Origin: Geosiphon pyriformis uo1
Taxonomy: Eukaryota; Fungi; Glomeromycota
Direction: 5' to 3'
Length of the DNA stretch: 64,000 bases
Assembly (NCBI GenBank): GCA_016748015.1
Contig: JAAOMT010000011.1
Span: forward strand, 62,001 to 126,000
Shown: one piece after another, positions 39,511-52,683 of the stretch
How the letters are laid out: each line of letters starts with the position of its first letter
How positions within the stretch are numbered: the first letter of the stretch is position 1
Notes under the pieces: generated by a model
Seen by the model: only the letters and a program-made list of their open reading frames with translations
What the model was told of the DNA's origin: nothing
Databases searched by the model: none
Position numbers and translations under genes: made by a program

Positions 39511-42500
39511 TCAATCATCATCGCTGTCGCTGCTATCACTACCATTCTTTTGTTCGCCACCTCCTGCAACAGCAGCAGCCAATCCTTGTTCGCGCATCAA
39601 TTTCATTTGTCCGGCAATACTATCTTCATCAGGTTCCGATATATCATCATTTATTGGATCTTCAGGAGGAAGGGCGTCAAAGTTCTGCACCTCTAACTAT
39701 TTGAGAAATATAAACAAATTATGACTATGAATTTAATTAAATCACGATATCTGAATCAGTACCTTTATATCCTTTTTGATATCACTCCCAACATATGAAT
39801 CACTCTTGATCTGCAAGATATAACTGTAAAATCCTGGATTAGGAGGTGCTTGGAATTGTACACGTATTGTTCGTCCCTCGTTGACTCCTGATATCTTCAC
39901 AGGATTCACAATAATTCGATCGTCCTTTTCATCTGCGATAAAAACATACCAAAATGCGCGCTTATGAATTGGGAAATATGGTGCATGTATCCAGCTATTT
40001 TGTGCTTCGTGCTTTGTCTTCAAAAATATTGAATTCTCGTTGTCCATTTCACTGTCTGACGAATAATAGCCGTTAGTTGCTGCATTTTTATTTGCCTTTT
40101 TATTGCTTTTTAGTTGGTTCGTCTTTCCTTCGACTTCAGTGTCATTTTCGGATATTGAATGATCTAATCCATTTTCTTGTTTATTCAATGGAAATTCAAT
40201 TAGTCTAACTTTCAGGATAAAGGTGACAATTGATCCTGGTGTTACAATCTCATCCCCAGTAACTAATAATATTAAGAAAATCAATTTTAAATCAGATTAT
40301 ATGTTTTCAAACACCTCTCTTTAAAAATTACATACCTTTAAAATAGGCGCGCACAATTTCTAAGATTGGATAGGATTCAGCAATTCGTTTCACATCTTCA
40401 TACTGCGAGTCTGTTAAAGTGCGCAACAAAATTCTTGAACGTTGAAAACATTAATTAGTTAAAATATCCATCGGAATTCTAGAACAATTTAAAGAGTACC
40501 GGCTTACTTTCTATCCCCCTCATTCATTTCTCTCAGTTGAGCCACACTTCGGATATTTCGTTTTTTACTCTTCATCGCTCTAAGGACATCATGATTAATA
40601 TGTGGTAATTGTACCAGGGGATTTTCACCTGGCCACACTGCCTGCACCAAAAGTTGGCGAAGTTCCATGCAATGAATGGTTGGGGCTAACCATTGATGTG
40701 CAAGGGCTACATCAAGAATACCGTTAAGGAGATTCGCTGCTTTTTCAACTATGAATATTTGGTCTATATGTAGAAGAAAATTTAGTAAGCGATCAGTGAA
40801 ATGATTTTATGCTTAAAATGGAACAAACCTCTTAACAATACTTCTTCAGTGACATTAATTCGCAGTAAATGAGCGTGAAGAAGCGCGTTTGCTTTCTGAC
40901 AATAAGGAGCATTATACTAATAAATTGTTAATTAACTGAAATCAGTCTGTGCCAGCAGATTGGTTGTTAAGGGTATAAAGAAAAAGAAAAAAAAATTGTA
41001 AAATTTTTAATCAAAAACTTACCTACCTTTTTACTTTTGTCGAACCTCTCTCCAAATCTTCTATCTAATTCATCCTTTATAGAGGATACAATTGGTGGTA
41101 AGACTAAAGCATCTGAAGGACGTTGTTCGACTAATTCAAGAAATTCCATAGAAGCTGACAGAAGCTCCAGTATATGTTTAGTACTAGATTTATCCCTCAA
41201 CTCTTTGAAAAATAATGCCATCGTGTGGGTTCGAATTTTATCCTTCGTGTAACCATTTGAACTATACCACCAGCGTCCCTAATGTATTTAAAATCAGAAA
41301 TCTGATTGGATTCAAAAGATTTTAAAATTTAGCAATATCCCATACCACAAAGAAAGGCAGCAATATTCCAAATACAATTCCATAGACCCCTAAAACAAAA
41401 ATGTTATTCTTGGATTCGACCAGCCATGTTGGAAGAGCAATACCCAAAGAATATGCTTGAAGGAATAGTATAAGTTGGATGAGAAAAAATCTTGATGAAA
41501 GAAATAGTAATTTTACTTGAGAGTTCATACCTTGTTTCCCATCAGGATGGCCCCATTCTTCGTAATTCTTTCGTATATCATCATCGGTAAGTCTATGATA
41601 TGTAAAATTTAGGATCTTCAACAATTATTTCATACCATAACTAACATCAAAAATCAGGCAAACTATCTCTGATACCAACACTTTGTAGGCTTTTGTGATA
41701 TCAATGAATTTAACTTCATGTTCAGTTTTTTGATCTTCAGGTGCTTTATCCGGATGCCTTTGATAAATCAAGAAATGACGATTAATCCAAGTTGATTGAA
41801 CATTAAAAATTGGCGTACATTTTAAGTTACCATAGTAAGCTAAGCTTTTTATAAACTTTCTTGATATCTTCAATAGTAGTACCCTTGAAAGATGAAAGCC
41901 GGGAATTTTACAGAGAAAAGAACAGTAGTAATCGATGTTTTTCAAAATTATCGAAAAATATTTTTTAACATCCCACACAATCATGAGTAGAAGGAAAAAT
42001 AACCTCTGAAATTCCCAATATCTGATAAGGATCCCAAATCTCCACATCAATCTGCACAGTAGAAACTCGATAAGTCAAATAAGCGAATAGGATCCAGCCG
42101 AGAGCCACCCCCACAGCTCTAGAAATTATAATAAGTCGATGGAATGTAAGCAGGGACGCATAGAGAGCCATTTGCATAAACAATTTAACGAATTACAAAC
42201 GTTTTGTTGATACGTGAAGTGGATGATGGGGCTTTGAGTGAGGCAATACGAGTTTCTTTACGATTGCAAGCTTCACAATAGCAATTCGATTTTCGACCCT
42301 CTTCTTCTGTTAAATATATTTGGGGTAAAAATTATGACATCGTTAAACAATTTTTTCCATTGAAGTAATAAGCTGAAGGATATATATTTTATCCCTTTAT
42401 TGGACCCCAAATTAGTAATTTACGCGATCTAAAAAATTAGAAATGATTGAATCTAGATTTTTCTTTTCCCTTGTATATTGTATCAAACACACCCACACTC

Positions 42501-42713
42501 ATTCATAAAAGTTTTGTCAACTAAGCACAAATCATTTAGGTTGTTTATTTTAAATGACCCTTTCACCTAGGTTTTTCCGCTAAAAACATCAAACTGACCG
42601 TTTTTCCTTGATTTCAAGGGTAATAAAAAGGTCGTAGGTAACAGAAAGATAGCTAAAAAGGTCAAAAGGAAATAATTAAAAGTGACACCCTGTTCATCGT
42701 AAATGTATTGCAT
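39511..42713 (-). CDS. SEC63: Sec63 ER translocon J-domain subunit, multi-exon
   Basis: MQYIYDEQG start, WDPYQILG, HPDK J-domain, NYEEWGHPDG, IALPTWLV, HAPYFP, SDSYVG, acidic tail DDISEPDEDSIAGQM. Confidence 0.95.
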
Positions 42714-42868
42714 ATTTTATTTGTGATATATGGCAAAAAAGAATGCACAGAAGAAAATAAACGAAAGGAGATATAAAAATTATTCTGAAACTCGAAGTTT
42801 GTTTGATTTTGATCAATTTTCATAGTGGCATAAAGCTGACTGACCTAACGTGGTTTAAATTAATTGGC

Positions 42869-42941
<73 letters not shown>
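42869..42941 (+). repeat. (AAT)n microsatellite
   Basis: Direct reading. Confidence 0.92.
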
Positions 42942-42944
<3 letters not shown>

Positions 42945-43181
42945 GTTTGGTTTTTTCCAAACTTGCAATATTTCGAAACTTTCCTGTTCTCAAACTTTTG
43001 AAATATCGAATACCTGTCTATATTTTCTAAAGCAGAGAGGAACCGATATTCCAATAGATTAATTTTATCAACTTAAACATTAGATTATATATGTATATAA
43101 TTAGTCCATTTCCTTGGAAAAGTAATATGTTTTCGATTTCTTTTTGGTAGAAAAACATTTAGAAAAATTTAGTTTAGTTTT

Positions 43182-44178
43182 TTATTTCGTAGATTTCTTA
43201 GGACGAGATCCAGGTGTGCGTCGACCACTGCTGGGAGTAGAGGTTTTTGAAGGATCTGCTGGTCTTCCACGACCTCTTTTGACGGGAGTTTTGATATTAG
43301 GTGTATCGATTGTATCTGATTTTTTGAGTTGTTTTGAAGTCCTCCTTGATTTTTTGGGAGTTTCTTATTGAAAATTGATTTCAATGGATAAATAAATGTA
43401 TAAAAGAAAGTGAAGAAAAATATCTTGATAAAATTTACGCAGACCTTCAAGCTCGGGCGATGATGCGGTTGAACGTGTACTTGTCGGTGATTCAACCACA
43501 TCCTTTCGCCCACCTTTTTGGCTTTTGACAATTGGTGTCGGTGAGTCACCATACGATGAGCTGGATTTACGATGCTCAGCCATCAGCTGATCATAGCCCT
43601 CCATAGGCAAACTAAACTCTTTTATTGGCCGGTCATCATTTTCTTCTTCAACATAGTCAAATTCCTTAAAATAGGCAAGATATTTGAAGCCCCTTTATCA
43701 AAAAGGGAAATGATTTTGCAGTTTTGCTCACCATTTCATCGAGGGCTTCCAGGTCGAAAAAATAACTTAACCGTTCCCATAACTGCTGTATAGTACATTT
43801 TACTGGGCTATTCGCGTTATAATCTCTGGCAATATGTATCATATGGAAATGCTTATGCACTCCTAAAAATCAAAGGGATCATTGAGAACAGTGCTTTACA
43901 GATCGTCTCAAAAGATTCAATGTAGCAAATGGTTTACCAACAGGTCTACTTTTCATAACCGCATTAAATAGAGCGATATCCATTTTTGTGTCCCACTCTA
44001 TGTGCCATTCTTGCGAATTTGGGGTGTCGGTTATGGGAATTGGTGGACTAGTCTTAGTGGGAACTAATTCACCACCGCCAGGCGAATTTCCGTGATCATG
44101 GCTGGGCACTTGGGACCGTCCCGGCTTTTCACTAGCTATCTCTGAAACTTGACTAAGACTAAACTTTGAATCTGCCAT
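43182..44178 (-). CDS. EAF7: Eaf7/MRGBP (NuA4 subunit), 4 exons
   Basis: W...DIALFNAV..RPVG|VHKHFHM..I...LWERL..FFDLEALDE, EFSLP; C-terminal AT-hook-like KRGRGRP. Confidence 0.85.
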
Positions 44179-45253
44179 TTTATGAATTGAATGTTTTCTT
44201 GTATGAAAAGGTAGAATTCTATTGAATTCGGAAGGCTTCTGTCATCAATTATTTATCGATAACAGATAATTTCATATGTCATTTCATATGACACATGTAA
44301 TACTTTAATATTACATAATTACTAAGTATGGATAGATTCACCATGTTTAGATAATAATTGCAAAAATTAATTGCATAATAGTCAATCTTCATATAATGAT
44401 TTTTCAAAAATCAAAAATTCAAAGTTAAAAACTTGGCTGTTATTGTAAAAATAATAATAAAAATGTTTTTATAAAACAATATTAACAAAATAAATTGTTA
44501 AAACATATAACTTTTAAAAAGTTATATTAATACAAATTTATTATTATTGTTGTTGTTGTTGTTGTTGTTTTTATTGTTATTGCTATTATTATTATTATTG
44601 TTGTTATTATTTAATATATTATAAAATATAAAAATATAATTAAATTAACTTAACTAATTATTTAATTAAATTTACAACTTAAAAATAATTATATATTATA
44701 TATTATATATGTATAATATTTTGTAAAAATTTAATAAATTATTAATGTTATTTTTTTATAATAATACTAATTAATATATCACAATTTAAAAAAAATGAAT
44801 ATATTATATTATTACAAATTAAAATAATAAAATAAATTAACTAAAAACAATAAATTAACTTAAAAATTTAACAATATAAATTTTATAAATTTTATATTTA
44901 TATTTAATAAACAAATTTTATTTTTATATTGTTTTTAATAATATAACTTATTAAAAATTTAATTATAAAACACTTAAATAGTATTTTATTTAAATAATAA
45001 TCAAATAAAACATAAAACATATTAAACTTTTTTTTTCTCTTATTTTTATAACCACAATTAGAACAAATAATAAAAAAGTTTCAAATATTATTTTTTCTAT
45101 AGTAACTAATAAAATTTTTTTTTTTTTTTTTTATATTTTAACGAGTGAGATCCAAACGCAACCTAGTGCTATACATTATACAAATGATCTAAACTAGGTG
45201 TGAATCATGCGCTTTCTACACGTGACCAGCCACTCGGACCAGTCAGGACTACA

Positions 45254-48200
45254 CTATACACTTATATGCACAGAAACCGAATCTCCAATACCTGAAAAAA
45301 ATGGACAAAATTTACAAAACCCAAAACCACCCCCAGCAATCTGACCACACCAGCTGAAAGCACCTTAAGCAAACCAGAAACCGAAGCAAGAATAGAGCCA
45401 TCACTTGGAATCAAACCATGCTTCTCCATAAACACTCAGTGTTTGGCCCGGACCAACCAAACATCATCCCAAAATGCTAAACAAAACTCACACACAAAGC
45501 TCACAATCCTTTTAGCACCCTCCTTAGAATCTTTAAAGACTGAGATAGACTTACAAAACCATTCATCGAAAACAAAACCCTTACACAGAGCAACACTAAC
45601 TCCAACCTCAGAAACACAAGAAGCTAAGGCCTGTAAGACACATGAAGAAAAGCGAGAAAGGCCAGAAAGAGCCTCCCAAGTTGAAGCATGTGCGCCCAAC
45701 AAACGAGCACGGCCAACGGCATCCTGAGGACACGAAAAGACATGATCCGAGGTCTCAACATTACCACAAAACAGACAGACCACACTGGGGTAACTCCTGT
45801 CATATAAACGCTTGTACACAGCAACAGGAAGCCGATGATGGAGAGCCTTCATAAAGTAAGTACGACATCCCGCCATGCACATGCTAGTAAAACCGGATGC
45901 CAAGTGAGAATTGGGGTGCCACACCATAGAAGACATAGACCAATTGACATCAGCACGCAAACTATCATCCATAACACGAGAACCCACTCCAATCTCCCAA
46001 CAAGCTTGGTAAAATGACTGGAAAACATCACAAACAAAGTGTCTAGAGTTACCAGAAACCACCGTGCCACCAGCACATAGAAAACGTTCACTGACTAAAT
46101 GAGGTAGGCGCCAAGCAGAGCGAGCAGCACCCTTGGCAAGTGCATCAGCATGCTCGTTGCCTGAGACACCTAAATGACCTTTCACCTTAACCCAATTCAC
46201 ATCCAAATTCTTATGATGAATGACGGTGGCAATGTAATGACGCTCGATCCAACAGCGGTTCCTGAAATCCGGACGAACCAGTAAAGACTCCGACCTACAT
46301 GCATCTAAAGCAGCCTGGCTATCCGAGAACAAGTCAATCAAATGAGAAAAAGGAATACACTCAAGGGCCAAAGCTATGGCCTGCAGTTCCGTCAGAGTAG
46401 AAGAAACCAAACCAGACACCTCAACACCCAAACCCAAGTTAATGTCTTCAAAAAAAGCGGCAGCACCTGCTTTCATGTCAGCAGTGCTCAGACCAGAAAG
46501 AGACCCATCCATATACACAGAAAGGTGGGCAGCATCAATAGTTGGCAAAGTGTCACGAATCACACCAAAATTATGAGAAAAACAAATATCAGACACAGCT
46601 TAACCATCTACTAAAGAAGAACTTGAGGAGAGAGGAACAACACCACCAAGAAAGCGAACGGAAAGATCAAACCAGAAAGGAACTGGGCCACGAGGGTTTA
46701 GCCTCTTCCAGCGTTTGAAGGTACCCCAACTGAAAACATCACCATTATGGTCACGAAGCTGTTCCACAAAAGCAATTCCATAACACCTGAATGAAGGGAT
46801 GCACTTGAAAAAACAGGATTCACCAAGAACCAAAGACATAGGAGTACCACACCGACGACGAAAAGCACAATCCAGAGGGCCTCCCAAAGACAAATTACAC
46901 CCAGAAAAAATGCGAACCACACCCGCCAAAAAATTATCCGAGAGACTGATACCAACACGAACTGGAAACAGCAAAAGATGACAAGGACGCCAGCTGAGAA
47001 CTTGGAGGTCATGAGACCTATGAGAAAACAAGCGACCCAAGACACCAGTAGAATTCACAAAAGCAACAACGGAGGCCGATTTACTCTCAGCCTGTATCTG
47101 TTTGAAAGTTTTTAAATTGTACAAAGAGGGGTGATAAAGTGCGTCACTGAGGAAATCACGTGGCAATCCAGACTTGGACTTTAAGACCTTGCGAACCAGA
47201 GCATCCCATTTACTACAAACACCAACAGAAACAAAACTGAACTGAGTCCTGTAGCTAATGATAGGGAAAAAAACTGCAGACACCAAATATGTACACTGTT
47301 TGTCCGAAATTGCCTTTCTTAAAACAAGATTCGCAAAGAACCGTACATCAGCCTGGGCCTTAGCCAAGCTGGGCTTCGAAAGACCCTCAGAAGACAAAAA
47401 AATACCCAAATAGCGATGAGATTCCCCTCTCTTGGCAATAGAAATAGGTGCACCACTAATAGTCAAATGAGGATTCAGCACCTGGCAATTGATGAGAATA
47501 GTCACCGTTTTGTTATTGTTGATAGAAATATTATTAAACCTAAAAAACTCGCTAGCAACATCAAGGATGCGTTGTGTAGCAGCCTGGCTGCTACCAACCC
47601 AGATAGTATCATCGACAAAAGCGCCAGCAGTAAGAAACGAAGACAGCCCAGCTCGAGAATCCACCCGGCCAGTCCTTGATATGAAATGAGAATTCAACCT
47701 ATAGCCATACACACTATCCTGTCTCTTGACCTCACACAAAAGCGAATCATAAAAAATACGCCAGAGAAGAGGCGAAAAAACTTCCCCTTGATCCAGCCCA
47801 TTGTGGACACAATACCCATCAGTCAAGCCAAAGTCGGTCATTACTTTGTTGACGTGACCATTGTGAATACTGCCAAAAAATCTAATAAACCTGTCACACA
47901 TTTTGATTCTGACCAGACTCCTCCTAAGATGTTCTCAACCAACCGAGTCATAAGCCTTGCGCATGTCCTGTAAAACCAGCCAAAGTTCATGGTTCTTTTC
48001 CAAGGCATCTTCAACCACAGAACCAATAGCAAAAATGGGAGATTGAGTCGTCGTACCCTTCAAAACCAAAAAATTGTTCTTATGAAGAACATCAAAAGTG
48101 CTGCAAGCCAGAGAGATCCTATCCGAAAAGATCTTGGAGAGAATCTTGCAGGCCATTTCAATTAAAGCTATAGGGCGGGTGTTCATGAGAACTCCCTCCC

Positions 48201-49923
48201 ATTCATATGGTTTAGGAATCATCAAAACCCAAGCTTCTCTCCAAGGCCCAGGGACCGACTCACCAACCAAACAGAAATTCAAAAGCACCAAAAGCATATC
48301 CAAAACAGATTTGTCACAATGTTTCCATAATTCATTGGAGATACCAGAAAAACCAGCCGCTTTTCCATCAGGAAGATCCTTAACAACAGCTAACAACTTA
48401 TCAAAACTAATTAAACACATGACATCAGAGAAAGCACGATCGAATACGTAATCCAAAGGCCGATATTGACAGGCCCAATCCTCAGATAAGTTAGACACCA
48501 CCTCACATTTTCTGGTCCATCCCTCCATAATTTCGTCCACCTTAGACTTAACCAAATCAGGCTCTAAAATCAACTCATCTTCTACAACCAAATAATCCAG
48601 GACCACCTTGCGAAGAGGACGCTCCAAAACACTCCTAATGGTGTGACCCTTGTTCAGCTCAAAACTCTCTATTCTTTTACCAATAGCTTGCTTGATCGAG
48701 GATTCCTCAGCACACTTGGATTCCGCTAACTTGAAGGAGCGGTATGATTTTCTAGCTTTGGCCAGTGCAGAGCGAATAAGATCAAAATTAAAACCTGAAA
48801 GAAACAGAGACTTAACCACTAATGCACCAGGGGAGTCGAGTCTGTGCCATACCTCTAACAAAGAAGCAAAACCATTACTAGAAGCCAAACGTGAAGCCTT
48901 GACCAACTTAGAAATCAGCAGCTCTAGCTTGTGAAACCTAGAAGAAGTCTTGGTGAACACATCATCAAAACCTTTGAACCATTTTTTCTTAAATGTACCA
49001 CCTGCCGAAAGAACCATAATCTTGTGAACAATGTTCCACATAGCATCCACATCTGAAAATTTTACTGCCACACCGAAAGCATCCGAGAACATAGAGACAT
49101 TAGCAGCTGAGACATCTCTGAACTCCAACCACTTAGCTTCATTGGCACTTTTGACATCAAACTTCCAACGATCTTTATTCACTTGCTTGCGAAGAGAATT
49201 CAAACGCGTATCCAAGAGTCCACCCAGACCCAAATCCACTGAAACAGCTTGATGGTCTGTGTCAAAATGCTCACTGACATTCAAAATCTCACGATGCACT
49301 ATCGCATTGACAAGACTTGAGAAGACAAACACATAATCAATTGTTTTCTTAACACCTCTAGAATTTTCCCATGTGGGCATTTTTGCAGCCGGACTGCCAA
49401 CTAAAGAATTGACCAGACCCTGATCAAAGCATCTTTTGAAACTTGCATTTTTATGAGAGCTGTTTTCATTAAAATTGCCACCAAGAATGATGAAAGAAGA
49501 TTCGTTGACAGTCTTTGCAATGAAAGAATTGATTTCACCAGCTTGAGAAAACCAAACCACCAAAGAAGCACCAGCATAAAGCCCCAAAATTGACACAGAA
49601 AGTTTATTCTTAAAAAGTAATTTAATGGAAAGGAGCTGACCAGGCACCTCAGAAACCTTGCACACATGACGAGCCAAAGAAATGTCCATGATAACAGCAA
49701 CATCCGCACCCAAGTGACCAGAGTCCAAACCAGAAGTGAACACTCAGACACTGTCGAACTTGTCAGCAATCCACGAACAAACCCTACTCTTTAATTTTGT
49801 TTCAGTAACGATAGAGACTAAATTGTTCATTTCCTTATGCCACCTAATAATGTCTTCTTGCTTAGCAGGATTGTTCATGCCCCTGACATTGCACGTAGCA
49901 ACTTTCCAGACTAAACTGCTCAT
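45254..49923 (-). pseudogene. LINE-B ORF2: APE endonuclease, reverse transcriptase, RNase H, CCHC
   Basis: ATCNVRG, GGNFN, TDH; RPIALIE, LQDMRKAYDSV, QGEVFSP, AFVDD, YLG; YMDGS, ELQAI, DSQ, VKGH...GNEHAD; CLFC...DHVFSC. Segments are in one frame separated by four stops; one frameshift near the C-terminus. Confidence 0.92.
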
Positions 49924-52540
49924 TGAGTAAGAGGTAGAGATACCGAAAGCGCACCTAAACTGTCCACTTTGGCTGAAAGGCCCAGAACTGTTTCCATTGT
50001 TACCAGTAGAATTTTAGCTATTAATTAGCATGAAATTTCCTTTATAATTCCTATCATTAATTAGCATATATTATTATCGTTTCGAATTTTACTTATTATT
50101 TAATCAAATTAGCAATTATCATCATTTAATCAATAACCCGATTTGGACCATAGAAATTGAGATGATCAATTTACACAATACCCTGAACCATATAACATAG
50201 CCAAAATTCGCCGAAATTAATGAAAATTGGCCGAAATAATTCATAGTTCAGCGAAATNNNNNNNNNNNNNNNNNNNNAAATCACTTTTTACATATCTCAA
50301 ATAAAAATTAAATATTCGAAAACCAAATCCTTTGATTATTACACTTGAAATTCTCTCAACACAACTAACATTTTGAAATTGATTAGCTACCAATTTCAGT
50401 AATCTGTTAGTGACTCCAGGCCTGGATAGAAAACGTTTCCTTGACAAAATTCTATTTCTTTACGTTTCTTTTATTTTTCTCTTTCTTTTCTTATCATAAT
50501 CATTTGGGTAGCCTACAGACGAGATTCCTGTAGAAGAGTTGACTTTCACAGCAAAGTAACTACACATTTTTTAGTGAGCTTCCAGACAAGCAATTCCTGG
50601 GAAAGAGTTGACGTTTACTACAACGTAACTACATAAAGTAACTGGCACGGAATTGGCCATTCCACTTATAAGCCCAGCGGTTCAAATTATAGGAGATAAT
50701 TTGAAGATAAATTCAGTTACTGGAGGTTCAACCACATCCAGAAAACGTGAATTCACAGCAAACAAGCATCAACAACATTTAAGAAAAGAGACCAAAAACC
50801 TCCGGTAACACCATTAGACACTTTATGCTGTCTTCCAGCTTAGACACTGAAGACATATCAAAAGACACCGCTCCCACGACATTCTCACCACTAGTGGACA
50901 CACTCAAACCCTCACTTATCACTACATCTGCCTCTTGATCCTGTGATGAAGGGGTCACCAATGGCTGACATCCAGGGCTAGGCTGGGAAACCATTGGCCC
51001 GAGTGTATCCAACCTCTTAGCCAGCTTACCAACTTGCTCCGCGAGGCTGGCAAGACTGCGCTCAAGAGCGGCGAACCTATCGTTGACTTCCATCGTAACC
51101 GGTTGGGACAGCTTCATTTCTGAAGAGGAGCCATTTGTTACCACAACATTCTGACTAGAGAGAGGGAGCGAAAAAGACCTGCGAGCAACCTTTGCCCAAG
51201 AGAGACCACCAAAAGAGACTGGATAGGCAACTGGAGCCGAGCGTTTGACATAGATGGTTGCCAGTCTGCTTTTATCCATATCCGAGAAAACCCTACACAG
51301 TGAACTACTAGAAGACAATTTTCCACCAACTGCACAACCCAATGACGTGTGACCCAATTTCTCATACTTGGCGCATTTTGCAGAAATGAGGCAAGACCAG
51401 TGGAGATTGGTGTTCCTGAGTACTGGCGTGGTCCCCACAGCAGCATCCAATAATTCAGCAGAGTCGAAACAAACAACAGCACACCTGGCCTGAGCATACA
51501 TAACAGAATAACGATCAATGATGCACGTTTTCCCACCCACAGATCTAACAAAGTCCCAGATATCATGAGCATTGGTTCCCATCAGTAACGTATAGAGCAG
51601 CGCCCTATGTTGGTCCCTAATATCCCACACTTTCTTGTCTGAATCAGCCCTAGCCACACGCACAGCATTTTTCCTGATTAAGATGGACCACTTAGCTGCA
51701 GCCAAATCAGCCTGATCCGATCGTTCAAATTTCACCACCGCCTTCTGCCACAGCCCGATTAACTGTATCTTGATTGTCCTAATAACTTCAAACTTGGATA
51801 GCGCAGCACGCACAGCCTCAGACGATGTTCCAACTGGAATTTCTTTCATGACCACAGCCCGATCTGATTGCCCAGATGCTTTTTTGAGATCGGCGTTTAC
51901 TAAAATCTTCGCATTCACAGCTTTATCAGTAGCTTTCACTAGACTCGATTCGGAAGTGAACGTCACCCTGATGATCCCTGAGAATTTTGAGGGGGTAGAT
52001 GCCCCCCCAAAACCATTGATTCCAGAAAACAACTTCCTCACCACCACAAGTTTTTCCTGAGAAGATTTGCCAGCCACTTTATCCAAGCCAATATCCAATG
52101 CAAATGATTTCCTGACTGAAACATTGACCAAATTTTTCACAGAAGAAGGGAGCTCAAGAGAAGCATCCAAGAGAACACCATCATCACTACCATTTTTTGA
52201 GAAGTCAATTTTCCCCAATGGCTTGCCCAACGCCTTTTTGGTTTTAACCTTTGAACTTGTGGGCGTCTGATCATAATCTCCACCAGCCAGAGCTCCACCT
52301 TCACCATAATCAAAGCTGGTTTTCTCCACCAGACACTCCTCTTCCATATCAACACTTTCAGACTCAGTAGTGTCTCCAGTCTCCAAACCCCATGAACAAA
52401 CACCAGGAACTTCAGCAACAACCCTTCCGTTATCAACACCCTCTGCCAACACACCTCCCTTCCTCTTTTTCCTTGATGCAACTGCTTTAAAACCACTCTC
52501 AGAACCAGAAACTTTAGCAGTCTTTTTTATAACAGCAATA
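49920..52540 (-). pseudogene. LINE-B ORF1 (RRM-like regions plus zinc knuckle), interrupted near its C-terminus by an LTR
   Basis: Long open frame with CAKYEKLGHTSLGC; removing the LTR and one CCAT restores ...SIKCLM-ETVLGLSAKVDSLGALSVSLPLTQ*. Start approximate. Confidence 0.85.
49998..50810 (+). mobile_element. Apparent solo LTR (same family as 1537-2508) with 4-bp TSD CCAT
   Basis: TGTTACCAG...CCGGTAACA; CCAT at 49994-49997 and 50811-50814; internal 20-N gap at 50258-50277. Confidence 0.9.
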
Positions 52541-52683
52541 ACAGAGCCAACAGTGGCCTTGTAATCAAAAAACAGTTTTGATTTATCGTACTGAATGGTA
52601 AAAAAACTTCTTTCAAAAAAACTTTTGACTCTTTTTTGGGAATTTTGGACGAAGGAGAAAAAGAAGTTTTTCTAATAAAATTT

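Larger units (their letters stand above)
45115..52671 (-). mobile_element. LINE-B: near full-length, relatively young LINE (ORF1 plus ORF2 APE-RT-RNase H-CCHC, poly-A)
   Basis: T18 at 45115-45132; ORF2 from ATG 49923; ORF1 ~52540-49920 split by an LTR; candidate TSD CTAATAAAATTT at 45106-45117 and 52672-52683 (5' end uncertain). Confidence 0.9.

Noticed and set aside
42370-42390. ATATCCTT on the minus strand as an AT-AC U12 donor in SEC63
   Set aside because: Lies inside intron 1, not at an exon boundary; a normal GTCAGT donor is available.
45200-45250. Hammerhead ribozyme in the LINE 3' UTR (CTGA...GAAA on the minus strand)
   Set aside because: Reads CTGACTG rather than CTGANGA, and the required stems are not evident.
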